Shown here piece after piece: positions 31,962 through 49,815 of a DNA stretch of 64,000 bases. The stretch lies in NCBI RefSeq assembly GCF_009914755.1, contig NC_060939.1; one strand, 5' to 3'. The position numbers and the translations under genes are program-made. The notes under the pieces are model-generated. The model saw nothing but the letters and a program-made list of their open reading frames with translations, ran no database searches and was not told the origin of the DNA. Origin of the DNA: the human T2T-CHM13v2.0 reference genome, Homo sapiens. Each line of letters starts with the position of its first letter. Position 1 is the first letter of the stretch.

Positions 31962-32470
<509 letters not shown>

Positions 32471-32613
32471 TAAGTTTGTAAAAAATAAAATAATCTTGGG
32501 AGTTTCCAAATCCTCCATGCATAGTAATCAGCAATATCAGGAAAGTGAGCTTGTAGAACACTGAACAAGTCATTTATCAGGTAATACCTGAGGATTCTGA
32601 AGTGTTCGAATAA

Positions 32614-32958
<345 letters not shown>

Positions 32959-33098
32959 GAGTTTTTCATTTTTTTAAACTACAATCCACAGTAAGAAATA
33001 TATTTTACACTACAACCTGCAACCTGGTACATACTTCAGCGCATACATACTATGTCTATAGGTATATCGATATAAAATAGAAACAAAAAGTTATATAA

Positions 33099-33445
<347 letters not shown>

Positions 33446-33482
33446 CATTCTGTTCTATTTTTAAAAGCAGTACTGCTCATAA

Positions 33483-33838
<356 letters not shown>

Positions 33839-34327
33839 TGTATTTTTACTTTCAACAGCAAAATTAGGCTCACCATGTACATGCATAATGTTGTTATTAG
33901 TGTGCTCAGATTTCTGGTATGGCTGGTCCAGGGACTTCAAACATTTTTTTTTCTAACCATAAAAGGTCAGTTCTTTCAACTGCATATGAAACAAATGTAT
34001 TATTAAAGCCATTAATTAAAGGGATAACTGTCGGGTATTATGCAGCTATTACATTATATTTGTGAAGCCTATATAGTAACATAGAAATATATTTATTCTT
34101 TCAATAAATGTTGATCACCTGCTGTGTATCTGGTACTGTGTTGGGCATAAAGTGCTCAGCAAAACAGACGTCCTTCTGTCATAGGACTATAAGATTGTGT
34201 GAATGGTATTAATCAAATAATCACACAAATATATAAGCTACGATCTGTGTGAATAGGAGACCTAATTTAGGTTGAGGAGGATGGTCAGGAATGGCCTGTT
34301 GAAGAGACATTTAAAAAGAGGCCTGAT

Positions 34328-34626
34328 GGCTGGGTGTGGTGGCTCATGACTGTAGTCCCAGCACTTTGGGAGGCCAAGGCAGGCAGATCACTTGAGGCCA
34401 GGAGTTCAAGACCAGCCTGGCCAACATGGCAAAACCCCATCTTTACTAAAAATACAAAACCTAGCCAGGCATGGTGGTACATGCCTGTAATCCCAGCTAA
34501 TTAGGAGGCTGAGGCAGGAGAATCACTTGAACTCAGGAGGCAGAGGTTGCAGTGAGCTGAGATTGCATCACTGCACTCCAGCCTGGGTGACAGATTGAGA
34601 CTCCATCTCAAAAAAAAAAAAAAAAA
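34328..34626 (+). mobile_element. Alu (AluS-type)
   Basis: Dimer, TSD ~AAGAGGC(C/T)TGA. Confidence 0.96.
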
Positions 34627-35363
34627 GAAGAGGCTTGAAGACAAAGAAGCATCAGTCATGGGGAGCATGAGGGGAGGGTTCCAAGCAGAGGAAACTGCAA
34701 CGGCCCTGAGGTGGTAGAGAATCATGCTGTTCTGAAGAGCTGGGAGAAGGCCAGTGTGGTTAGAGTGCAGTGAGCTTAGCAAAGCATGGGTGAAGTATGC
34801 AGGGCCCTTTGGCTGGATTAAGGATTTGCAATTTATTCAAATGCAGTGAGAACCCACTGATGGGTTGGGGAATGCCGTGATCTGGTTTATATTGTTAAAA
34901 TATCACTCACTCCTGGGAGAAGAGGGGATAAGAAGGGGACAAGAGTAAAACATGGAGACTGGTTAAGAGGCTCTAGACAAAAGATAAGGGTGGAGATGAA
35001 GGGAAGTGGATTACAGATTATAGATATTTTAGAGGTAGACTCAATAAGACTTGGTGGATGGGATGTGTATTAGGATATAAAGTTAAGTTTGTAAAATAAT
35101 CTGAATTACAGCTGTGCTATGAGTATAATTATGTAAAATTAGAAAATATGGACAAGGCCTGGAGTATAGAAAATGAAAAAGTTTATTAGGATGGCAGAAG
35201 GAATATAGGGTAAAGGCATCAGTATTAGACTCAGACCTGCATTAAGTCCTGGATCTACCATTGACTATCTGTGACCACGGGCAAGTTTTTAACTTCTCTG
35301 AGCCTCAGCGCTCTAATCTACGAAGTGGCGATATCTCTTTGGACTATTAAGAAGAGTGAATGA

Positions 35364-35663
35364 GAACAGGTGTGGTGGCACACACCTGTAATCCTAGCAC
35401 TTTGGGAGGCTGAGCCGGGTAGATCACCTGAGGTCAGGAGTTCAAGACCAGCCTGACCAACATGGTGAAACCCTGTCTCTACTGAAAATATAAAAATTAG
35501 CTGGGCATGGTGGCACATGCCTGTAATCCCAGCTACTCGGGAGGCTGAGGCAGGAGAATCACTTGAACCCAGGAGGCAGAGGTTGCAGTGAGCCAAGATA
35601 CTGTGTCACTGCACTCTAGCACGGGCAACAGAAGTGAGACTCCGTCTCAAAAAAAAAAAAAAA
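35364..35663 (+). mobile_element. Alu inserted in a MIR
   Basis: Dimer, TSD AGAGTGAATGAGA; MIR sequence on both sides. Confidence 0.95.
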
Positions 35664-36101
35664 CAGAGTGAATGAGATCATATCTGTAAAGTGCTTAGCT
35701 CAGTCCCTAGTATAGTACATCTTCAATACATTACAGGTATTATTATTATTATTACTGGCTATAATGGTGGAACTAGGGTGAAATTTTCATTTATTGTGAC
35801 TGAATTAATATTGTCAAAATGGTTCTTATATAATCAACATTTTAAAATTTAGTACAGTTTGAGGATTCTCAATCTGCCCCCACCATGGAAACAGCTTGTG
35901 TACTTCCTGCCAGATAACACTTTGCCAATCTGTATCCAGAGCCCTCCATAGATTCAGGACCCCTCTACAGGGCACCTAAGGATCAGAGAAGACTATGGGC
36001 TGTCTCTTTAAGATGACACCAGATCAGTATGGGACCACCAGCCCTAGCCCCTGCTGTTTCCAATCAGGCCAAGGGCCTGCCCTTAGGAAGGTGAGCTATA
36101 A

Positions 36102-36505
<404 letters not shown>

Positions 36506-37927
36506 TACCCATTTATTTAATCTTAACTGAGCACCTATTTTGAGCCAGTCTGTGTCCTTAAACAATAAGCTAAATATAATGTAACCGAGGTATGAATAAG
36601 GTAGTTCCTGCAGAAGACTTCAAAAAGGGGATGTGTGAGTTGGGTCCTCAAGGATGTACAGGAGGGAAGATCATTTCTATGTCCAGCAACGAGACCAGCA
36701 CATGCTGAGACACGGAGGCATTAAAGGCCATGACTTAAACAGGAAACGACAAGAATGTCCATGTGCTTGGCTCAACAGTGTGGTAGGAAGTGGCCAGGAA
36801 CAAGAGGTAAGTTGGGACCACTCTGTGAAAGACCTCCGGGTCATGTTAGGAGTTTGGACTTGATTCTGAGGCCTCAGGGAGTTAGTGGAGATTTTGAAGT
36901 AGGAGGGTGGCATGATCAGACTTGTGTCTTAGCTTCTCTGGCAGCAGATGGGAGAAGGTTGTGGAAAGGCAGGCTGGAGGCAGGAGAAGCTTGTCAGGAG
37001 GATCTTAGCAAGACTCCAAGATTGGGGAAGGACAGGAAATGTCTTAATCAGCCCCCAGTGAGGCTGGGAGCCTGATTAGAGAGAAGAGCCAGGGAGCTCT
37101 GGCAATGCAAGGGCCTGGGAAGCTGCAGCTGCTGGGAACGGGTGGGGAGTCAATCATCAAACAATCCAACAACCTTGAGGAGAGGACTTTGGACCTCACT
37201 GGCTGCCTCCCAGCAGAATTCAATTCCAAGAGGCAAAAATAGAAATGACCAGATGAATAGCCCAGCCAGCTGCAAGTGCCCCCAGGGGCATCCTGATTAT
37301 GCTGCCCCATGCTCTGAGCTATCACACTCATTGTCACCCTTACCCCTATCAAAAGGTGTCTCCTCCACTAGACTATGGTCTTCAAGGGCAGGGTCCCTCC
37401 TGGGTTTTTCTTGTTCTGTTTGGCTCCATCCTCAGGTAAGCTCTCTTCTGGACTCCCAACTCACATTCAAGTCTAGCAAATTCCCAAACAGGTCAAGCCA
37501 AAGTCTCCGAACTAAGCCTCGCCGTGTCTGACTGCCCTGCCTTGGGGCACAGGCCGATTCCTGAGCCCATCACTGTGGCCAGGGGAATGGAATGTCCTGA
37601 TTGGCTCAGTCTGGGCTGAGGTGTGGAGGCAGCTTCTCACAGAAGGCATGAAGTGGGTGTAGGACTGGGGCGGACACCTAGAGGAAAATCAAGGTAAATA
37701 GATTCAGGGTGGTGGCCAAAACATAACACTGCCCACTGTCAGCATATAGTTATACTTGTTTCCCATTGGCATGCACAGAGTGGCTGTTGGATAATAGGTA
37801 GTTGAAGGCAGAGCACAGTCATTGCAGGTTAAGCAATTCCTGGAGAAGAACTTGAAAGGGCCGGTCTGGAGAGTGGGCACAGTTCTGAGGATCCAAGGCA
37901 TAGATGGTGGAAGTATACGCATTAAGC

Positions 37928-38103
37928 CAGTCATTCTCAACCTTGGCTGAACATTAAAATCACTTCTGGAGACTTGACAAAATACCAGTGCCAGGGCCCC
38001 ACCTCCAGTAAGAATGATTTAATTGGTTTGAGTGGTGCCCAGGCATCGGCAATCCTTTAAACTGATTATGATTCCGATGCGCAGCCAGGGTTGAGAACCA
38101 CTG
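37928..38103. mobile_element. MER5A-like hAT MITE
   Basis: Terminal inverted repeats cagtcattctcaacctt ... gggttgagaaccactg. Confidence 0.8.
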
Positions 38104-40142
38104 CCCAAGTCTTGGTGTTCAAAGAGAAGTAGGTGTGATACCCAGAGCCCCAAGAGTTTAGGAACTGGTGGAACAAAAAGGAGGACACCCAGCTCACTGG
38201 CTGGGCTTGTATGAGATTTAGGGTTCCGGAGAAGAACGAAGAAATCCAAAGAATTTGTAAGGCCAGGGAGGTGCAGTACCTCCTGTGAACACATAGCAGA
38301 AGGAATTAATTCTGAAGTCGCCTAACTTTCTCTGAGAGAGCCTGGAGTTCTAAGGATTATTTGCCTCCGATTGGCAGCAGCACAACGAGAAGGTGCCTGT
38401 GTGTATATCTGGAAAGCTGGCATGGGTCAGGTTCAGATGGGTGAGGCTGGAATTGACAGCCATGCCTGAGGGAGACTCAGCAACACTAGGGATGAGTTAA
38501 GAAAATGATGGAGTCATATATAGCTGAGGCTTCCAACCGGAGACGTTGGGTAGAGGGTGATACCTCTCAAGAGGGGGAGAAGCAGCAGCAGCAAGTCAGA
38601 GAAGTGAGATAATGAGTGCAATTTTGGACATGCTGAGATGCAGGAATCTGAGGAACAAATAAGAGGAGATGTCCAGTGGGCAGTTAGATATTATAGGTAC
38701 ACAGCTTGGAAGGGAGACTTGGGAGCCATCAGCAAGTCAGTATCTGAACCTGGGAAGTGTGTGTTGAACAGAGGTGGGGCTGAGGGTGATATTGAGGGAA
38801 TCACCAGGGAGGAAAGTGAGCCTGTGAGGATGACAAAGTGGCCGTTAGTATCCAAGGGGCCATTCTGTTCTAATGTGGATCAATTCCCCTTCAGCATGAT
38901 TTCACTGAATTAAATATCAACTTTTTAAAAAGCGAGATAACTCCTTGCCAGTATACTAAGAGCAAACAAAAACAAACAAAAAGCAATTAATACAAAATAG
39001 AAACAAGTGGGTTTTCAATTCAAATGTAGCAAATATTTACTGAACACCTACTATGCGCCAGCCTAGCTACAGATGGTGTGGCTGGCATGGTTAGCTTATC
39101 AGGCACCCGGCTCCACTCCTACTCTCTTCTCCAGCCCCATCTGGGAGGCCTCGGTGGTAGTTCTGGTTCCTAGAATCTTTGCTTCAGCTGATCCACCAGT
39201 TGCTCTATGTGAGGTCTTCTGGAAATCTGGGGTCCTCATAGTGAGGAACACCTTTGCAGGAAGCTACCTTCACCTCAGCTGCCCAGCAGGCTTTAGACTT
39301 TGTCTGTTCCACAAAGCCCTGGCCTGTGCTGGGCTCCCTGTAAGACCTGGCTTCTGCTCCAAGGTCCACCTCCAGCTCTTTCCCAGCTTCTGTGTAGGGC
39401 AGAGATGCCTTATCTGGCTGTTGGCCCCAAATGAGCAGACCAGTGAGGTGGCATTTCCACCATCTCTCCAACTGCTTGCCCCGCAGGGTCTCCAGGAGTT
39501 TCCTTTCTGTCACTTCCGAGCTACAATACCACAACAGTTTCCAGAAAGTCACTTGGAATCAAGACAATACACTTCTACTCACACAAAGCAAGAGGCTGGT
39601 TAATCTCTCACAGTCCCCACTTACTCATACAGATTTCCTCTTTCACCATTTTCTTTGGGTTCCTCATCCCCTCATCTACCCAGCAAACACTTCCCGTGCG
39701 CAGGTTGGGGGGTACTATGAGGGTTGCCTCTGTGACAGACCCCTCCTTTTAGAAATTTGCTTTCAATTACATATGACTTATTGTTCTCTTGGCACATGCC
39801 ATCTCTCCATTTGCATAATTCTCCAATCTACTGATTCTTTACCTTCTTCAAAACTATCACAAAAGCTGAGTGTTCAATCTACTTTACTCAAGTATCCCTT
39901 TAAATTCCTGTGCTTCACTGGTTTATCACTTTGTAAAAATGTCTTCCTCAGTTGGTTCTTGGATATACTGTCTCCTAAACAAGTTTTTTTTTTAATTGTG
40001 GCAAAATATACATAACAATAAAACTTACCATTTTAATCCTTTTTAAGTGTAGATTTAAGTGGCACTAAGTATATTCACATTATTGTGCAATCCTCACCAC
40101 TATCCATCTCCAGAACTTCTCCATTATCCCAAACCAACATAA

Positions 40143-41055
<913 letters not shown>

Positions 41056-41366
41056 GTCCGGGAAGTGGGGACATGCCTAGTTCACTTTTTGTTCCTAATT
41101 CTGAACATAGTATATGCCTCATACTCTTGGCTAATTAAAGCAGATAAGAGGTTTAATATAAAAGGTACCACAGTGACACCAATATCAGTCCATCAAACCA
41201 CTTCTAAACTACTTTTTATTAAAACAAGAGGGGTAAAGCTAACCAAGAGAAAAGGGAGAAAACATAAACTTAGTCTAGCTGGGACCCAACATCAGGCTAG
41301 ACTTGACCTTGCCCAGAGGGGCTAAAAGCCCAAAGACCCTAAAGAAAATAAGAATGAGGCCTTGCC

Positions 41367-41758
41367 GGCTGGGCACAGTAGCTCACACCTGTAATCCTAG
41401 CACTTTGGGAGGCTGAGGCAGGCAGATCACGAGGTCAAGAGATTGAGACCATCCTGGCCAACATGGTGAAACCTTGTCTTCTTGTTGTTGTTGCCCAGGC
41501 TAGCGTGTAGTGGTGCAATCATAGCTCACTGCAGCCTTGAACACCTGGGCTCAGGCAATCCTCCTGCCTTAGCCTCCCGAATAGCTGGGATTACAGGTGC
41601 ATGCCACCAAGCCTAGCTAATTTTTTTTTTTAAGTTTTTGTAGATATGGGATCTCCCTATGTTGCCCACGATGGTCTCAAACACCTAGGCTCAAGTGATC
41701 CTCCTGCCTCAGCCCCTCGAAGTGCTGGGATTACAGGCATGAGCCACCGCACTGGGTC
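41367..41758. mobile_element. Fused Alus: plus-strand left arm (41367-41479) joined to a tail-less minus-strand AluJ (~41487-41758)
   Basis: ...aacatggtgaaaccttgtct|tcttgttg|ttgttgcccaggctag... Confidence 0.92.
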
Positions 41759-41899
41759 TGCCATCTCTTCTGAAATGACACGGACCCTTGTGGAGTCCCC
41801 AGTCAGGCTAAAAAATTAGCTGATAGGAAACAAAAGCACTAGAAGGAATAGACTGAGCCCATTACTACTGAGTAAGAGCCTTTGAGCAACTAGAAAGAA

Positions 41900-42045
41900 C
41901 AGTGTTTCCCCAAACTTGCCTCATCGTATGAATCACACAGGCATCCATTAAACATTCCGATTCAATACTTCTGGGATGGGGTGTGGGAATATGCATGTTT
42001 AATAAGCACCTGGAGTGATTCTTACAAAAGGCAAATTTGGGAAAG
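41900..42045. mobile_element. MER5-type hAT MITE
   Basis: cagtgtttccccaaactt...tttaataagcacctggagtgattctta...tttgggaa. Confidence 0.7.
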
Positions 42046-42853
42046 AATGAACTGGAGTGTTCCATTAGCAAAGAGGGGCTGACCTAGCTGCCTGGAGCTG
42101 TGAAGGTAAAGGCTCCCAGGCAGTCTTATCATGGGATCTTGGGAGCTCCTCAGACCACTGGCTGCTTTTACCAACCCTCAAAACTCCCATGGGCCTGCTG
42201 CTTCTGCAAATTTGGCCTTTCCTCCTCCAACATCCTCCATGCAGGGCCTCTTACTTCCACCTCTGCTGCCAAAAGCCTTGGATGATCCCAAGTTCTGGCA
42301 GCCCCATGCCCTGGCTGCTTCCCTACAACTGAGCACTGACGATGAGATGTAGTCCTAATTTAGAACTAAAGAACCAGGTATTCTTTGGCCAGATATTAAT
42401 TAGGAAATGACTACAGAGAGCTGGTGACATTAGATTCTACCTTTAGATCCAGCTGGGTCATTTTATAGAAATAACTTGGGCAATTTATATCTACCAAATC
42501 TGAGATCAGTGTTTACAGAGGAAGACACTGGACACCAACTATAATTGTCAGAGCTGAAATTTAACCTTGGGGCCCTCCTGATACAGGCTTGCCGAATGAA
42601 GCCTGGGAGGTTCATTCACGTTCAGGCTGCTCCAGCGCGTCCCCCTGCCTACATATGGCACAATTGTATCATCACCACTCCCTTCCTAAAACTCCTCCAG
42701 ATCAGAAAGGGTTACAATAAAACAGGCTGGTGAATGCCATTTGGCTAGAGAGTCAGATGTTTTAATTAAGCAACTGCTTATTTCTTACAGGTCAAGCTGG
42801 ACCTATAATTAATTTAGCCAGTTAGGCTTTGTTTTAATTAAAACACAATTTCT

Positions 42854-43164
42854 GCTAGGCATGGTGGCTCACGCCTGTAATCCCAACACTTTGGGAGGCC
42901 AAGGTGGGCAGATCACTTGAGGTCAGGAGTTCGAGACCAGCCTGGCCAACATGGTAAAACCCCGTGTCTACTAAAAATATGAAAATTAACCGGGCGCAGT
43001 GGTTTGCACCTGTAATCCCAGCTACTCGAGAGGCTAAGGCAGGAGAATTGCTTGAACTGGGGAGGCAGAGGTTGCACCACTGGAGCCAAGATCACACCAC
43101 TGCACTCCGGCCTGGGTGACAAAGTGAGACTCCATCTCAAAAAAACAAAACAAAACAAAACAAA
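42854..43164 (+). mobile_element. Alu (AluS-type)
   Basis: Dimer, TSD ~AATTTCT. Confidence 0.96.
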
Positions 43165-43374
43165 ATTTCTGAAATAATCCCTATTTATCTTCACTTCAGA
43201 AAGTTTACAGAAAGCAGTGTTTCCATGGGAAGTCAACAAGTGTTATGCAGCAGGAAAAGGTTCCGTGCTCCATAGGTTTGGGAAATACTATGCTAAACAA
43301 AGTGAAATAAGTTTCTTTATTCTTTGTTTTTAGGACCTTTAATATGTCAATGTAGACTTAGGAAATTCCAATAA

Positions 43375-43688
<314 letters not shown>

Positions 43689-44012
43689 ATATTTTCTAAA
43701 TTAGATGAATTTATTCGCAATTAAACCTTAGGTAGTTTTCCAGAGAACATTTTAGGAAATGCTGAAATAAAAGATACTGTTACCCAAAGCCAATCTGACC
43801 TAATAGAAGTAAGCAGTTGCTACTTTGCTTGATCTCAGGTAAATATCTCCTACCTCTGAGGTACTATTCTCTAAAACCATAAAAATCACTTATTGGGGTT
43901 AAGGGGTAGAGCATAGTGGTTAAGTGAGAAGGTTGTCTGGATTTGTATTTGGCCTCCCATACTTATTAACCTCAGACGTGTTACCTAACTTCCCTGTACC
44001 TCAAGTTCCCTA

Positions 44013-44477
<465 letters not shown>

Positions 44478-45344
44478 GAGGGGTCACTTTAGAGGGTATA
44501 ACAAAGTTGGCATTGGGAGTATGGTAGAATTGAGGGGTGAATGCAAGGAGTAAGCATAAGCTGAAGGGAGCCATTGTGCTGGAGCTCAAAGTATGTGGGA
44601 GGAAAAGTGGAGGTACAGGTGAGAGTAACAGGCCCAAGATGAAGGGGAAAGTTCACTAAAACACGGAGAAAGAGGAAAATAAAAGAATCAAGTCAACCTT
44701 GTAACAGATTATATAGAAATACATGCCTATGTGGGTCAGTAAGTATATTATAAAAACAGAATAAAAGGGGGGGAAAGAAAACAGTCAAACTTCACAATTT
44801 CTTTAAGACAGCCTTAGCTGCAGCCTATGACTCCAGTGCACACCCTGTTGCTCCCTGACTCTTAGGGAGGTTGACAACCTAGGATACTAGTTTGGACAGT
44901 GTGCAAAAGTGAATTTTACTAGGAGCCTCCAGCAGAAAAAGGAGTCACCCAGAATTGCATAAAACAAAGGCGGGAAAATGTTAAGATACTAATAGCCAAG
45001 AGGTAGAATAGAGAGGTTCCTCCTGGTGACTTGCAGGGTTAACCTGGGACCTCTCGGATTAGGATTTCAGTGGTCTCACTGGCATTTCATGACTGACATC
45101 TACTGCCACACAGCATTGTGGGTTACAGTGAGCAAAGTTGTTTCTCAGAAACTCTTTAGAAAACGTGAGTGTGAATGAAACTAATAGCATCTTGTCCAAC
45201 TTCAGTCATCTTCAGATAAGAAACTTTAACTTCCTCAAGATTTCATGATGGCTGAGAATGAACTTACTAGGTCAGTTCTGAGAAAAGTAGTTTGGTCTCT
45301 TTAAAACCACAAAGCAACAAGTCAACTCTAAAAAGGATGTTTGT

Positions 45345-45648
45345 GGCTGGATACGGTGGCTCACACCTGTAATCCCAGTACTTTAGGAGGCCAAGGTGGG
45401 AGGATTGCTCGAGTTCAACAACAGCCTGAGCAACATAGTGAGACCCTGTCTCTACAAAAATAAAAATTAGCTGGGTATGATGGCACACATCTGTGGTCCC
45501 AGCTACTTGGGAGGCTGAGGCAGGAGGATCAACTGAGCCCAGGAGTTAGTTCAAGGCTGTAGTGAGCTATGACTGCCCCACTGCACTCCAGCCTGGGTGA
45601 CAGAGGGAGACCCTGTCTCAATAAATAACTAAATAATAAAAATAAAAA
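45345..45648 (+). mobile_element. Alu (AluJ-type)
   Basis: Dimer, TSD ~AAAAAGG(A)TGTTTGT. Confidence 0.95.
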
Positions 45649-45962
45649 AGGTGTTTGTGAGATGTTCAAATCTGTGAAAATTGAACACCATTCTTTGCTT
45701 ATATTAAGGAATAATTTTTTAGGTATGATAACGTAAGTTTTAAAAAAAAAGAGCTCTTAGTGTTGAGAGATACATGCTGAAATACATACAGTTTGCTACA
45801 AAACAATCCAGTGGGTGTGGGGAAGTGGGTCAGGGTATAAATGGAGTTAGTGTGGCCATGAGTTGCTAATTGTTGAAGGTAGGTGGTAGGTATGTGATGG
45901 TTTATTATGCTGTTCTACTTCTGCATATGTTTGGAATTTTCCATTAAAAACTCCACAAAGCA

Positions 45963-46352
<390 letters not shown>

Positions 46353-46389
46353 TCACATATTCACTCATTCAAAAATATATATAACATAT

Positions 46390-46765
<376 letters not shown>

Positions 46766-47545
46766 ATACATTCAACACATTTGTTTAGATTTAAATTTTA
46801 TTTATTTTTATCACTAAAACATTCACAGGTTTAAGGTTTAAAAGGGTCTGCAGTGAAAAGTCTCCCTCTCACCCCTCTTCCCCAGCAACACAGTTCCCTA
46901 TCCAGAGGCATCTTTCCAGAAATTAAAAATTCCTCTTTCTTTACCCAGATGGTAGTATTCTATACACACTGTTCTGCAGTTGGTCTTACTTCACTTATCT
47001 CAGAGATCACCCTATAACAGAACAAAAAGAGCTTTCCTTTTACAGGTGCATAGTATTCCATCATTTCAGACTGTGTTTCACACACTGTTAAGTGCTTTGG
47101 GGCTATAGAAATTAACAAAATATGGTCCTTTTCCTAGGCAGCTCAAAGTCTAAAAAGTACTTTATTTTGAGAGGGAGTGTGGAGACAAACTATAGGTTTC
47201 AGCTTCGAGGCTGATCATAATCTCAGCTGCCTTCACAGCCAGACTATCTGGAAGGAAAAAAAGAGATCTAAGGTAAAGTGGTCTGAGAAATACTGGGGGA
47301 TTGGCTAGCAGATGTTGGCAAAGGTGACAGCAAACTGCTGCCTCTCTTCCACCTTATTCTCTAAGACATAATTGATCACATCACTTATGTCCTCTCATGT
47401 TTTTTCTGATTAGAAAAGGGATTCTCATTGAGGAAATTCAGAAAGTGGATAGAGAAGCAGAAGAATTATCCATAGTTGTTTGTAAGCATGTTAAATAGCT
47501 GCTTAAAACTGCACTGCATCGATACACCATAACTTAATAGCTTCC

Positions 47546-47953
47546 TGTAGGAAAACAGCCTACTGCATGGCAAGAGTCACACCATCTTGGGGCGAAACTG
47601 CCATGATGTTTGATCTCCACACACAAAGGTATTCTGCAGTAAGGTCTTGAAGCAACGCTGTACACAGATAAACCCTCATAAAGATGCTTACCTAACCTCC
47701 CCAGTGGTCATGAATCTTGGAAGAAAGTCTGAAGACATGACTAGCTGCACGTCTTTACCCTAAAAGCTTGCTATTTATAAAGGGCGGATGCGGGGATCTA
47801 CGATTCTTATGGCTGCCTAGACATCACTTCTGTTCATAAGTCCCTATGAAATGTTTCCCTCTGAGAAGCTGGGTTTGTCAGCCTCTTTCTTCGTCCTCTA
47901 AGCTCCCTCAGCCTTTGTGGGTAGGTTCACATACACCTACTGACCAAGGAACA
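47546..47953 (+). mobile_element. Solo ERV LTR (LTR47-like)
   Basis: TG...CA ends, ~408 bp, start TGTAGGAAAACAGCC..GCATGGCAAGAGT, TATA-like ctatttataaa; subfamily from memory. Confidence 0.7.
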
Positions 47954-49736
47954 CTCCTCATTCACTTCTGCATTTTAGAGATCCAGGAACTAAAGCTACA
48001 ATAAATGTTTACTTAAAGAGACGAAGAGACATCTAAGTGCATACAGTAAATGAGATAGGTAAGACATGGAGCCAGACGTTTTATTTGAAAATTATCTTTA
48101 TGAAATTGAAACCATAGTAATAAACTTAGGGAAGATGCAGGGATAGAAAGAGAACAGTAACTGAAAGTTAACACTTTAGAAATTCCAACAATTACTGGAT
48201 AGTAAAAATAAAAATAAAAAACTCTATAAATGAAATAGAGGAAAATTAACTTAAATAGAACCTTTGTATCCTCAACAACTACAGAAGATGCCTGCCACAC
48301 CCATGGAATAAATGTTTGTTTAACTGAAACGAACACAACAGCTGGATGAAAAGAGACCTAGGATATCTGATGGCGGTGAAAGAGGATTATCATGTGGAAA
48401 ATAACTCATGCCTAAACACTGTGAGGATCATACATGGTAAGTGAGGGGCAAAGGCTCCATCCAGCTTATAGGTGGTAGCTGAAGCCATAGGAATAGATAC
48501 AATTGCACATGCAGAGTATGCAGAATGAGAAGAATTTTGAGCAAGACCTCCTCAACCTGACCAGAAACTTTTCTTGCCTGAGGCAGGGGGAGGACAGAGC
48601 TGTCAGCAGGGCTTGGGGACTATTAGGAGTATCTAGATCAGCAGATAATTTGAGAGGGCCCAAGAGAAGGAGAGGCCTATGTTTTGGGGCCTGAGAGAGG
48701 TTTCTTATCGCCAGTGATTTTATCACCAGGGCTCTGAAAAATGGATAGGACACTTCCTTCCAAACAATGTAATCTTCCCTGAAAATGGACCTAATAACAT
48801 GCCTCACATTACCATCAAGGCTAAATTGGACTCCACTGACTCATAATTCTTTTTTTATCTTTGGTTTTGATCCTTACTTCCCATACAACTCAGTAAATGA
48901 CAGCACTGCTCTTCTTCTACTGAATAATCTATTTCAAGGATGGGCAGTGGAGACTCTATAGTTGTGTTTGCTATTATTACCTGTGCCATAGTAGAATCCT
49001 TTATAGCATTCATGTCGAATGTAAAGGAAAAGAGAACAAACAAAACGAAGTAGATTGATATCTTGCTAGGTAAATCCTCTGAGATAAAATTTCTTTCAAA
49101 TGGAGTCAGCTGTGTAAGAAAAAAAATGGCCTCTTCTTGCCATGCTGTGTTTTGCATGGATGTTGTGGCTAAGAAACAGCCTTTGACTACAATAATATGT
49201 GGGTAAAAATATCTCCAGCTCCTGTTTGTCTAAAAATGGCCCAAGATAAATAAGCCTTATCGCTGGCAAAATTCAATTCCCTTTGGCAGATATTTGTTAA
49301 TCACCAGCTGTGTTCCAGAGCCTGTGCTGAGGACACAGAGGTGAAAAGCCATAGTCCATGGCCCCTGGTAACTCCTGGATACCCAGACATAAGGAAGGGA
49401 CTCCCTGAATTATTGATGGGAAGAAAACAGTCCATTCAAAGGGAAGATGTATTCCTCATTGTAAATTAATACACGGGCACCTGTTTACTGAGAACATCAT
49501 GAGCTTGGTTAACGTAACCCAATTCTTGATAATGAGCAGCTCTGGATTTCTGGATGTTTTCAGCTAAAGATTGGGCTCTGGATCGTGCCATAGGTGCAGG
49601 TAAGTAAAATTATGGGGGGTAGGGAAGAGGAAGCTCATGTGCTCCTTCCTGTAGTCCTAACTTCCACAGGGCACTGGGGCATGGCTCGTTTCTAACATTG
49701 GTGATTCCTATCCTTTCTCAAGAATTCTGAATCAGG

Positions 49737-49815
49737 TGAGAGAGAGAGAGATAGCGAGAGAGAGAGCAAGAGAGACAGATACATACACACACACACACAC
49801 ACACAGACACAGAGA
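49737..49815 (+). repeat. Compound (GA)n/(CA)n microsatellite
   Basis: Direct reading of the sequence. Confidence 0.95.

Noticed and set aside
37535-37680. CCAAT-box and GC-box-like words suggesting a second promoter
   Set aside because: The context (catcactgtggccaggggaatg..ctgattggc) resembles old MLT1 LTR consensus; no CpG island or exon support.
39073-40015. 176-aa and 194-aa plus-strand ORFs
   Set aside because: No recognisable homology, promoter or exon signals; the second runs into an L1M fragment.
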